From Dimorphilus gyrociliatus (taxonomy: Eukaryota; Animalia; Annelida), in the NCBI GenBank assembly GCA_904063045.1, contig CAJFCJ010000008.1:1426001-1490000 (forward strand): 64,000 bases of DNA. The letters run 5' to 3'. Numbering within the stretch: position 1 is the stretch's first letter; the number at the start of each line of letters is the position of its first letter. The position numbers and the translations under genes were made by a program. The notes under the pieces were generated by a model. It was not told the DNA's origin. It did no database searches and was given only the letters and a program-made list of their open reading frames with translations. Shown one piece after another: positions 36,348-48,652 of the stretch.

Positions 36348-38938
36348 TTATTTTGTCTTTCTCAATAGTCTTAATTGGACGTAAGCTATAACAGTAAAAA
36401 TCAAAAACAGACAGAAAAGAGCTAAAAAATTTTGCCATAAATCCCAATTTGTTTCATATGTTATACCTTGATAGTTTCTTAAATAGTATCGTGCAATTTC
36501 TTTCGAGCTACAATTATTACAAAGTACTTATATTTGGAATGAATTCTAAAAATTTTAATTTTTTTTATTACCAAAACTTTTGCTTTCGATAAAACGGATA
36601 ATTTTGGCATATTGTTAGATTTTGCAATTCATTAATTAATAAACCATCAAAAGAGTATCTGACGATGCTTAACCATTTTATCCATTGAAGGTAAGGTTTT
36701 ATTGAATCCAGATTAACCATAAATCCACTAAATATCATCATTACCACGCAGAGAAAAGCCAAGGTTACTTGAGCAAGAGTAAAATTCTTTATTCCAGCAC
36801 TTATTGCAAATGCAAGGCTACAAGTTGTCAATGAAGTCAAACAACAGAATGCTAAGAATGTAAAAAATGACGCCAAATTGCAATGCAATCCGATCATCCA
36901 ATATACAATTGCGCCATAAACCATAGCTGGAAATATTCTAATCGGTATGATGTCGCAGAAAAACTTCGCAATGAAATATGAAGAAACCCTATAATATCTT
37001 CCTGTGTTTTCATGCCTTTAAGTTTAAAGAATTCTCAAAAAAGAGTTTTTGAAAAATTAATAAATAGAAATTACATGAAAAGAGGTTTTTCTTTGATGAA
37101 TAGTTCAATTGCAGCCAAATTAATAAAAACCATATTCAACGTTGTGGAGAAAATGGAACCGACTCTAGAAAAGAAAATTTCATTAGACTCCTTTGATTCC
37201 ATGACGCGACTTAGCTGATTGCTCAATGGCCAATATATATATATTTTTTCGATATATAAATATCCGAAAAGAGATAATGAGATCTTGGCACAGATTCACC
37301 TGTTTGTTAGACCAGAAATATTATTTTCAACATGATAGTAGACAAGCCCATTCAGTATTGATAATAAAATCATGACAAATATCTGGGCAAACATTGAGGC
37401 TGGATTTCTTTTTGAATTTATCATTGTTCTATGACTTAGATGAAGGATTTGAGTTGTAAATGATGTTATATACTGGATCTTCTTACAGCTAGGCTGATTT
37501 ATTGATGCATTTCGCTGGTGAATTTCTTCAACAACTCTTTAACATGATATTAAATAGTATAAATATTCGAATTATAATATTTTAAGATATGAATGAACCT
37601 TGCGTAGTATTTTGATTTTTCAAAAAGTCGAGCTAACTTATCACTCCTTTGTTTGATAAATCTACTTTTTCTATCAGACATTTCGAAAGCTGTCAGAAAA
37701 TACACAGATGTAAAACAAGATAGAATTGTGAAATACAACAGTAGTAACTTTGAATGATAAACCTTTAGAAATGGATATATTGTGTTCTTTGGAACTTTCA
37801 ATAAACGATTTGGTTTTATCGAAATCTCCATTAATAACATCTAGAAAGAAATCCGCGGGGTTATTAAATTCTTCGCACTGATATCCAATAGAATTAAAAT
37901 ATGGTAGAGCATTTTCTGTCGGCCCGTGATATATGACAGACCCGTTTCCCAAAAGTAATAAATTATCTATCATTTTAAAAATGCCATATCTTGCTTGGTG
38001 TATCGATAACACAACTATCCTTCCTTTTTTTGCTAATTCATTTAACAAACAGATTACTGAATAAGAGGTTGAAGAATCTAATCCAGAAGTAGGTTCATCT
38101 AAAAACAGAATAGACGGTCTAATGATCAATTCCATGCCAATACAAGTTCTCTTTCTCTCCCCCCCCGATACCCCTCTCAGATATTCCGTTCCTACTCTAC
38201 TGTCTCCTACATCGGTTAAGCCTAATTCGTCTAAAACTTCCTCAACCATAAATTTCTTTATCTCCTTTGATAATTTCGACGGTAAACGCATATTGGCGGA
38301 AAACATGATATTTTCTTTAACTGTTAGAGTACCCATAATCACATCTTCTTGAGTAACATAACCTGTTATTGACTTAAAATTTAGGCCTCTTTCTTTTCCA
38401 TCCATTAAAATAGTTCCTTCAATACCAGATGTAGATTTTCGATCAGCTAAGATGTCAAGTAGACTGAAAATATTCAACAAAATAAACCTTTTGGTTATTC
38501 AGTATCTTAAAGTGAAACTCAAATTATGCCATTGAAGATATGCATTAAACATTTAATCATTTACTAACGAGGATTTTCCTCCACCAGTTGGACCCATTAT
38601 TGCTGTTGTTCCGTTTTTAAACAAAGCACTAAAGAACAATAATTTTATTAGGTGCCGTGAAATTAAAAAAAATTGAATTGTAACTGACTTTACACTCTTC
38701 AGTACAAGTTTCTCGTATGGTTTACTAAAAAGAGAAAAGCAGCTCCCTCTTACATTTACACGATAGTTGAGATTAGAACATGTAATGACATTCTCCTTGA
38801 AATTAGAAATCATTAAAAAAAAGAACAATTCTTGAATTTCTTTTTCAATGAAATTAATTGATTTAGTGATATTACTTGATTACAATGTTCCTGATTAGGT
38901 TCTAAAGAAGACGTTTCTCCAGCAAATGTTCCGTACAT
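36348..38938 (-). CDS. ABCG2: ABCG2/BCRP-like half transporter, copy 4 (inverted), 9 exons, ~650 aa
   Basis: Exons 38876-38938, 38689-38795, 38569-38628, 37763-38463, 37599-37689, 37300-37536, 37075-37164, 36572-37015, 36348-36507. GPTGGGKSS, VSGGERKR, LFLDEPTSGLD, SIHQAR, NPADFFLD. First exon is the least certain. Confidence 0.9.
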
Positions 38939-40376
38939 AGCAATCGGATATATTGTTTTTGAAAAAACAATATCAAATTGAACTATAGAGATAATTTGTT
39001 ATGTTTTAAAGGTCAGAGATAAATGCATTGGAGTCGTTGTTTAATTCGATAAACAGTTCGATAAAAAGTGTCTACTTTTCTTAAAAAAGGAGAAAGCTAT
39101 TCTTTTTCGATGAAATATCAAAAAATTACAAACAACTTCTGTTAGATGAAAATATACCATTACGAAAATATTCACTTTTTTAATAAATAACAGCTTAAAA
39201 ACTAATTGCCATTCTGAATAAATATTGCATTTGAAAACGCCGCCTAGTGTTAAAATGTTGCTAAATTATACTGATGCATACACATACTTCACCTTAAAAC
39301 ATGTCAACTCAAAACTCATCAATCATACACCCTCCCAATATTTCATCAAATATAACGATTGAAATATATTCCGTTTCTTCACTAATCTGATTAGTTTTAA
39401 AGACTATCAATTTTTCATAGGTAATATAGATAGATCTCTTATTATGTTAATTGAGCATTGAAAATTAATCTAATAATTTTCTCTGAAATTTAACGCGTGA
39501 AAAGTCAGTTGTTTTGTTAGGCAGTAACAAAGTCTTAGAAAATTTAGAGGTTCTTCGGAATTTATAACATTAAAAAAGGTTGATGATGATAACTTTTGAG
39601 AAATGTCTTTGTAGTGTCGTGGGATCGAGTAAGTTTCTTTCTTTTGACACAGCATTCAAAAGAAACAAGAAAAAGCAATTGATATGTCACATACATTCTA
39701 ATCTGAAGCTTTCTGCTATATTTAGTCATTAATAATAGGTTTCGCTTATACAACTTAAATGTATATTTTCTATAATTTTATTCTGTTTTTTTTCGGTGCT
39801 GAAAAACATTTAAGATGATTCATTTAGGCAATAAGATCTTAATAATAGTTGTTTAAGAGCATTTTTTGATTAAATTCAAATTGTTTGAAGTTAAACATTT
39901 ATTACATTGTCTTTAAAATTGTAATACATTGCAATGGAATTAATAGTAGGCTGACTGAAAAAATTTTTGTGTAGTGTAATTAAAAAGTTAATATTAATTC
40001 CCAACGAATGAAACTAAACATTTTTGAAGACAATCTAATAAATTTGATAAAGCTATATAAAAAAAAATCAAAAAGTAGTATCTTCACAATGACTGATTCT
40101 AATCTATGTAGCTATTATGTTTGGCTTCTATCTTTTAATATTTAAGTTTTACCTTTAAATATTTTTTTCAAGACAAGAGAGACTTGGTTACAATAAAGGA
40201 AAAAAACGGAAACTGACTAAATGATTGGTATATGTAAATCCTAATTGTTAATAATTACACAATTTAGTCATTCTGGTAATTAGAAATACTTCAGTATAGT
40301 ATAGAGTACATATTAACTATTAATGTCTAATAAGGAAATCATTACATTTTCTTTTATATAGAGAATATTATAAAAA

Positions 40377-40435
40377 CAGAATTATACAGAAATTATACAG
40401 AATTATACAGAAATATATAAATATTATATAGAAAT
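40377..40435. repeat. Short imperfect tandem repeat, 10-11 bp unit AATTATACAG(A)
   Basis: About three good and two degenerate units read directly from the sequence. Confidence 0.7.
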
Positions 40436-41207
40436 GTGTTTTGAATAATCATTTAGTTTTTCTTTCTTAATTTCACATAAACAGAAAAATCTGTATATTG
40501 TTTCTGCGATATATCAACAAGTAATATTACCTAAGTTTCAAGAAGGAAAGTGTAATTGGATAATAATTAAATACAAATACTCATCTATTACATGTCTAGT
40601 GAGGCCTCATCTGTTAAAAGTCTTTTTTCCTTAAAAAATCGTATCATTTAATCCACTATATGAAATATATGATAATGATGCTGTTCTTAAATAATGTCGT
40701 TAATTATTTGAATGTTGAAAGTGTTATACTTCATATTTAAAAGAAATATTAAAAACTATATAGATTTCTAATATATAAATTTAGATTCTAATTGTTTATT
40801 GTTTAAAGAGAAAGAAATCAGGGAATGAAATAATATTAACATACTGTTGTTCTAGGTTGAAAACCACTCCATTATTTTAAGTCTACATTAGATATAAAAA
40901 AGAAGGATTTTATATAAATAATTTTTATTAAAAACCTTTATTTTTCATACTTAAATTTCTCGTCAATATTATACAGTCTTTAAAAATTTGGGTAAAACTG
41001 AGTACTAAAAATGTTTTCAAAAAATTTTTTAGCAATCAATCTCGTAAATTCAACTAATAGAACAAAAAAGCAATCGCTGTTTCAGATGTGTACAACAATG
41101 AATTATTTATTTCATTTTCCGTTAATTGCAAGGAAATATATTTTGTCATGTTTTTATCATAAATAGTAAAAGAAGCGGAAAAAAAATTTTTTTGAGCTGT
41201 TTTGACA

Positions 41208-41223
41208 AGCTGCCCCCTAGTGT
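41208..41223 (-). promoter_or_regulatory. CTCF-like motif (CACTAGGGGGCAGC on - strand)
   Basis: TGCCCCCTAGTG at 41211-41222, ~50 nt upstream of the AKH/GnRH-receptor ATG; matches the CCASYAGRKGGCR core. Confidence 0.55.
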
Positions 41224-41274
41224 GATTCATTTCAATTGTATCATTAGTGAAACTGAGACTACGATACCAGTAGG

Positions 41275-43610
41275 ATGTTATCAATTTTCTCAGTGGAGAA
41301 TACAACCATTAACGGTTCTCGAAACTTACCCAACGAATTAACCTTTAACGAACATCATATTTTCTCTATTTGTGGCCTAGTTATTTTCTTCTGTATTTCG
41401 TCAGTTTCCAATTTGGTCGTTTTTTATGACATAATAAAATCCAGGAGACGAAGTCGTCGAATAAAGCTGTATATTATAAATTTATTAGTAGCCGATATGA
41501 TAGTTACGTTTATTATGGTACCCTCCGAAATTTTTTGGCATGTATCAGTGGAATGGAAAGCAGGAGATTTGGCTTGCAGGTAGAAATAGTTTAGAAAATA
41601 TGTTTTGAAAATTGTAAAAGTACAGTGTTTTTACGTTAAAATAACTAATTTTTTCACATTCTTTCATTATATTAGTAAATATTACATTTTTTAAAAAAAT
41701 TACCTAAACCTAAGTCAATAATTATTTCTACATGTTGATTTTTAATTGCTGTATTATTGTAAAGTTGTTTTTTCTTAACAGAATACTAATGTTCTTCAGA
41801 ACATTTGGATTTTATTTATCGTCTTTTATAGTTGTTATTATATCTATTGATCGATATTTTGTTATGGCTCACACAAGATGCTCAAAAAAAGACAAAAAGA
41901 GAAGTCAGTATATGATTGTCATTACATGGATTCTAAGTTTTCTCGCTAGTCTCCCTCAGGTAGGTACAGTTTTATAATTTTTTTTTTTTGCGTTTCACTA
42001 TTTTTACTATAAGGTTTTTAATCAATAGTATTTAATGAAGTTTGCAAAAGATAGGAATATTTTTCTTTGACATTTAATTGTACTTAAATTATTTCATGGC
42101 TCAGAGTGGCTTTTTTTTCTTCCATCTTTTTTTTGCAAAAAATTGTAATATTATCAATTGATGGATTTTTCCCAAAAAGTATGAGGCTTTCACAAAACTA
42201 TTTTGTACTATCAATTAACTAACTAAAAAAAGTTTGTGTAATAATAACTCTGATTATAATCAAATATTTACTAATTGACTTATGGTGTCATTTAAATTCA
42301 TGTAAAAATTCTACAATTCATTACAAAAATGGTGGGAAGAGATAATGTTTACAGATCACCATTTTCTTTATCATTTACTTAGAGTTTCATCTTTCATGTG
42401 GAGAATCATCCACACTATATTTGGTTTCAACAATGTATAGCTCTTAACTCATTCAAATCAAATTCGCTAAAAATGGCATATAATATCACACATTTACTTT
42501 TGGTATATGCTCTACCGACTTTGCTGATTGTGTTATCGTACACATTAATTGTGTGCAAAATATGGCGGCGAGAAGACTTCGAGCCAGACAAACCTTCAAG
42601 TATGTCTGTTAAAAAGTCAAGCATGAAATTCAAAAGAATTTCACTTTCGATTGAATATAATTTTTGTTTCGACATTTTTCAGGACGTTTGAAATTGTCAT
42701 CTAACACTTTACCAACACGACAATCAAGCCCCTTACCCTTAACAACAGTTACATTCTTTCATAAAGCTAGACAACGAACACTGAAAATGACAGTTATCAT
42801 AGGTTAAAAAATTTACTTTATAAATGTTAAATATTTTGCTTTAATAGTTAATGTTGTAATAGTTTTTGTCATTCGTTTGAAATATTTTGAGAGGATTTTC
42901 ATTAGAATTTCAATCATATGGACCATTTAAATCTTTTTCTAATGAAATTACACAAATTTACACTGTAATCGATTAATTATTCATTGGGCGATTTTTTGTA
43001 AACAGTGTTGGCTTTTATTCTCTGCTGGACACCATATTTTATTGTTGCAATGTGGGTGGAAATTGATTTGTAAGTATTGCAATAACTTGTAAAATTTCCC
43101 ATTTATTATGTATCTAAACTCTTTTTTTGAAGAAAAAGTGCGAAAAAGTATTTACCACCAAAAGTAATGAAACTTATGTATATGCTAGCAGTCTCAAACT
43201 CATGCGTTAATCCAATTATATACGGTAAGTTAATTCTCCAACCGAAAATTTCCTTGCAATGTTTGTCTTCATTTTACTTTCAAGGAATGATTTGCACAAA
43301 TGTGGGAGAAAAAATAATTAAAATATGTAAATGCACTCATTGCTCACGGACATCCACGAATAGTATGACTAGTTTCCGACCTCGGAAGTCTTCGCCTAGA
43401 ATGCGGCGACTTATTGTTCGTGGAAATATCCAAAAACGAAACACAATCAAATTACAGAAGATTAAAAATAATTTGGGAGAAATATCACCACTAGTTCATA
43501 ACTGTCAAAATCAACGTTTTAACTATCCTTTCGAATCAAAAGTTTTCAAACATAATGGAAAAAAGCTGGATTTAGATAAAAAAAAGTTAATCTTAAAAAG
43601 CTTTTCATAA
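41275..43610 (+). CDS. AKH/GnRH-family (AKH/ACP/corazonin superfamily) peptide receptor, 7 exons, 433 aa
   Basis: Exons 41275-41579, 41782-41959, 42383-42599, 42683-42802, 43006-43069, 43133-43224, 43285-43610. LTFNEHHIFSI N-terminus, GDLACRILMFFRTFGFYLSSF, FHVENHP...QC..LNSF, KAR.RTLKMT, CWTPY, NSCVNPIIYG resemble AKHR/GnRHR-type receptors. Confidence 0.88.
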
Positions 43611-44533
43611 CTTTTCTCTTCTTCGAAACTTATCAAGTATAATGAAAATCATTGAATTTATAAAGTTTATGATAACTTGTTCATTAGAACGAATTGAAAA
43701 AACTATACATTAATTATCCACGTTTCCTCTCGTCAGGAAACTCGCGAAAAAATACCACCTGCTTTTCTTTTCATCATTCATTTCAAAAAAGATTTTACTT
43801 CTAATATTTTATGACTTGTTAGGAAAAGCAATATATATTTCAATGTTCTAATTAGATTGCTTTTAAAACACAATTATTCCTGATATTTTTTCAAGTCAGA
43901 ACATTTTTTTTGGATGTTTATGCATTACATATCATAAATTTCACACACATATATATATATATAGATATATACATTTCCATTTTTTTAAATTAAAAATTTT
44001 CGCTTCTTTGATAAGTTTAGCGATTACTGAGCCGGAAAGCGATCTATTTTTCATAATAGTCTTTTTATTGAAGTAATGGACTTTTCCGTGTAAATTTCAC
44101 GCCATATTCAAGACATTATATTCAAAATTTTTATCACAAAACAATAATGTCAAACGTGTTCTTGTTACAAATATCCACTATTTATTTTAACTTTTTTGTC
44201 TGGGATTTTTAGAGACCCAAATTAACAAAATCTTTTAAGTCTAAACACCACAATCAAAAAGGTATTTTTTAGCCTTCTTTTTTCTACAAAAATAATAATG
44301 TAATATTATAAAAAACAGTACAATCTAGTTTTTTAAACAAATGAATCAAAATTATAGTTTTGTCATCTGTTGTTTATTACATTTACTTTTAAAACAAAAA
44401 ATATTCTGTGATTTTTTTTCAATATTGACTTGTTTCAGAAATATTCAGTGCTTGGAATATATTTATACGTTTTTGTTCTTAAACACCAGATGGCACTTTT
44501 TTATATAACGAAAGAGGATTTTATAATTTTCCA

Positions 44534-44884
44534 TTAATCTTCTAATTCGATATCTTCATTGGAAACTACAGGGAAGAAGTAACGTTGATTTTTAAAAGAA
44601 GATTTTTGAAGAGTTAAAAATTTCTTACGAGGATTAATATACTTATTTTTGCAAAAATTAACAAAAAAACTCGTTATTGCAGTTATAATTACAATAAATA
44701 TCACTAATCCAAAGGTGATAAACAACTGAATTGTAGTCGATACACCAGAAATATGCGACTCAAATTGTCGATTTTGTTGCTGTACTGTATAAAAAAAAGG
44801 TAGAAAGGGCAACACGAATTGTTTATAATTATTTTAAAAAAAACCTGTCGATGTTGAAATATTGATATCAGTATATTCGTTCAT
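44534..44884 (-). CDS. Candidate 96-aa single-pass membrane microprotein, 2 coding exons, no recognised family
   Basis: Exons 44845-44884 and 44534-44784 joined by a 60-nt GT-AG phase-1 intron: MNEYTDINISTSTVQQQNRQFESHISGVSTTIQLFITFGLVIFIVIITAITSFFVNFCKNKYINPRKK...NEDIELED*. Lumenal NIS sequon, one ~24-aa hydrophobic span, basic flank. Confidence 0.55.
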
Positions 44885-45069
44885 TACTTCTTTCTGCTGT
44901 GATAACACGAATTTTAGGTAAAAAATTCGTAAAAACGTGCACACAATAAATGATAAAAGGAAAATGAAAAGCAAAAAGCGTCAGAAAATAAATTATTGAT
45001 TAAGCAGGGACTGTGTTTATAATTATGAGACGATTTATTTCGAAAATTATATACTTTTTTAAAATTTGT

Positions 45070-45504
45070 CTAGAGAGAATCAGCACAAGTTTTGATAACA
45101 TCTAAACTCCACAATACCAGAGGACAAATGGACATTATAGTCAACAACACTAATAATATTTTCTTCCTTTCGTCTATTAGTGATAAGAGTATTAACCATA
45201 CAACAACCAACATAAGACCGCTGAATTCTCTTCCTTCTTCGAATCGTAGATCAAAGCACTTGGTATTGTATTTAATTAGCATATTTAAGCCGGAAATGAG
45301 ACAAACCAACGAGTGAAGCATGCAGAAAGATAACCAAAATCGTGAATGTTTGATTTTCTCATCGTAAACGAGAACACCAGTAAGTGATGAAGGAACAATA
45401 TACACATAGAGCCATAGGTAACAATCTCTGTCATTATGCTGTACACCTGCTGCTAAAGCGAAGAAAATTGACATTGAAATAGCTGAAAATCTCAACAACA
45501 GCAT
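45070..45504 (-). CDS. TMEM220: Transmembrane protein 220 homologue, intronless, 144 aa
   Basis: FFALAAGVQHNDRD..LW..VY.VP and EEGREFSGL motifs match TMEM220 (FFALAA.VQ.NDPD; EEGRE.SGL). AATAAA ~35 nt after the stop. Confidence 0.9.
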   Translation of the reverse strand: MLLLRFSAISMSIFFALAAGVQHNDRDCYLWLYVYIVPSSLTGVLVYDEKIKHSRFWLSFCMLHSLVCLISGLNMLIKYNTKCFDLRFEEGREFSGLMLVVVWLILLSLIDERKKILLVLLTIMSICPLVLWSLDVIKTCADSL

Positions 45505-46840
45505 TCTTTTTTTAACAAAAAGCCTTCTTATCTTATCTTTTAAATATTGTCCAAAATTGAATACAATTCACAATATTGTACAAATGGCCTTTCTACACCG
45601 TTGCTAAAAGTTGTATGTGTTTAAAAATATTTTTCAAAGAGTATTAAGGATGATTAGAAATTCCTTTGAAAGAAAATCAGATTGTTTTGATTAATAAAGA
45701 AAGATAAGGAACTCAAAAAGGACATCTTTTTGAATATTCAGGGACGGAAATAATTAAATAAACAAGTTTTTATTCCCCTGACAAATCATTATTGTTACTT
45801 GAAATAGCTAATAAAATATTTATAAATATAGATTGTGTGCACTCATTACAAGTAGAGGTTTTAAAAAAGGCCTAAATCATGATTATTTTGAAAGGGATTT
45901 ATAGGGATTTTTTGCAACTTTAGTGTTAATTATTATTTTTTTTCGACTACATGTAAACATTTCTTCTGGATGTCTCCGTTCTTCTATCAACCTGAATAAA
46001 ATAGTTGAATACAATACACACACATACAAAAAATATAAACGTATCAATTCCTTTCATTCGCTTTGGCATCCTCCCAAGCTTCATTCTCCTCTGACCATTT
46101 ACGAATTTTTCAGTTACATATAATTTTTAAAACTGCTGAAAGCCTTTGAAAATTCGTCATTTGAAGTAACTTGTAATTTATGTATTTGAAATACATATAG
46201 TGTAGAACAGAAGGAAAATATGATATACTTATAGTATTTGCTTTTCAAAATACTTTTAAAGTTTTCTGTATCACAATTCGTACTTTGAATATTACCATTT
46301 ATCTTTTTTAAAACAAAAGAATAAATAAGACATGTTAATTAAATTATATTTAGTAAATTTAATTTTTATCGATTTAAGAGGTGTATCTTTTTAATTATGT
46401 ATATTTTTCCAACATTGAAGCATTCAAAAAAAGTATGTAACATGAACACTGCCAATATAAACTAGAAAGAAATTACATAAAATTTCTTTAAATAACAGGA
46501 AAAAGTAAATCCAACCATAAAGCACTCAGCAATTTAAAATTCTGCATATATTATAAGATGTATATTAATAATTCATATTTGTATGTCCAGTTTTCACTAT
46601 TTTTATACTCCCACGTCCTAAATCGACCAGTTGATGCATTCCAAGTATTTGACAGCAAGTAGTCTAATATCGTCTAATATTACAAACTCAGCTCCTTCTT
46701 CAGGTAATATATATTTGAAGTATACTAGTTTTATATATAAGGAGTGTGAAGAGAGTGAGTTAGAGAGCTAGAGAGGAGTGGTAGTAATGTCCGTAGTATA
46801 TTCTTTCTTTCTTACACCCAGCAGTTAGAGTTTTCAAAAT

Positions 46841-48652
46841 ATGAGGATCAGGCTCTTCATTTTTGCTTTCTTTCTTTTTGTCTCCTCCGAGAATATTGAA
46901 CTTTTAGACAACGTCCTGAGGTCAATGAGAAAAGGATTGGACTTTTTTCGTTTGGAGCTGAAAAACTTGAATTTGGATAGCGTCATAGGAACACGGATTG
47001 TAGAAGGTAATAAATATTATATTCATGTATTTACTTCTTTTACTATATGACATATATTGTATTCCATATACTCTTCTGTGTTAATAATATAGAAATCTTT
47101 TGAAATGCTTTTTTCAAAGACCTGTATTGTGCTTGGTTTATTACTTTAAAGGTATAAATTCGGTGAGCAATTTTTAAAGACAAAAAAAGACATTCAAGGT
47201 TATAAATAAAGATGAAAAAAAAATAATATACGCTAAAATGAAAGAGTATTCTTAATCAGTTAAAATTTTTGTATATACTTTTCAAAGTAATTTTCCTCTA
47301 TATTATTGAGTTTCTTTGTTCAATTAGCATCCCAATGGATTAGTAACATTTTTCCATAAGAGAAAAACAAACTTTTGGCAAATGTGACATAAATTAGTCT
47401 TTCTTTGTTAATTAAATTATTTTCTTAACTTTCAAAGACATTAGCTAGGACCAACACTAAAATGGTAATCTGTATATCGCATATGTCTCAAATATTTAAT
47501 TTCTTATAAGTAACAATATAACATGGCTTTGAGAAATTCTAAAGTATAGATTTGTCTCTTCTCTTAAATACGCAAGTTGTCATGATGGTTTTGCGAAGTA
47601 CTTTATTTCAACTACAAGTTATTTCTTCTTTTTCTCCAATAATCAATTATTATTTTTCTTTCAACTATAGGAATTCTCATCGATAAAGCGATATTTAATA
47701 TTTTAAAAAGATCGTTATCTGCTGAACATGAATCTATAGAATCTAAAATATTTTATGCATTGAATAGTTTCTTTAGTTTGAAAACAAGTTAATTCTTAGA
47801 ATATATACAGCATATATTTATATATATATTATTTTTAGTATTAATTTAATAAAACTGGTATCCTCTATGGCAGGTCAATTACATCAAGCTCTCATTTCCC
47901 ATCGAAAAATACCTAACAGAATTCGTTTGGAAATTTCCAATCTGATAGAGAAAGCCGCTTTGATCAGTAATTTATCGATACCCTACATTCAATTGAACCA
48001 GCCAGAATACTACAATACTTTACAAGGTTCCATTCAACCAGGAATTTGGGAATTGAATGAAGATCTACAAAGAACATATCAAGTAACCGATCACTTTATA
48101 AGCCCTAGAGAGCAAATGAAAGAGAGCCAGTCTGATGAATGTGTCGCGAACGTTTTAGGAACAAATGATAATCCAAAGAGGAAATGTATAATTAATAAAT
48201 TCTGCCTTGATTTAATGACAATAGATGGCTTTAGTAAATACTCCTTATCTCATCAACTTTTCTTCTGGCAGCTCACTAAAAAGGCAGGTTGTCTTAAAGA
48301 TAATTCTCTTAAACACATCAAAGAGCTTAATAAGAGAATATGTTCCAACATGCTGGTGGAAGCAGAATACTTCTCCAAGCAAAGCTCGCCACGCTATCAC
48401 GATTTATTCATGGAGCAAATTGCTCTTTGTGGTATGGAAGGATTTCGTGAAGATTTTTGCAAAGAGGAATGGACTCTTAAAATAATTAATTGGCAATATG
48501 ACGATGGATGCTGGGGATTAACTGAAAACAGCAAACGTATAAAAAGGGAGGAAAAGGTCTTGAAAAATGGATGCTTGGCGCATAGAACTGCCGTGGCACT
48601 ATCTTCTCAAACTCAACTACTGCGCCACCTATTGGAAAAGAGTGACAACTAA
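46841..48652 (+). CDS. C16orf89: UPF0764 / C16orf89 homologue, secreted, 2 exons, 314 aa
   Basis: Exons 46841-47006 (signal peptide; NLDSVIGTRIVE) and 47874-48652, phase 1. C-terminal HDLFMEQIALCG.EGF...W...I..WQ..DGCWG and HRTAVA motifs are typical of the family. Confidence 0.85.

Noticed and set aside
44917-45069. 51 stop-free codons in frame after the TMEM220 TAG (possible readthrough)
   Set aside because: TAG-ACA is not a known readthrough context, an AATAAA lies inside, and the T-rich tract is better explained as a splice-acceptor region.
47671-47787. Putative extra exon inside the C16orf89 intron
   Set aside because: Direct joining of 47006 to 47874 gives the family-like RIVE-GQL sequence; the insert has low-complexity composition and a weak donor.
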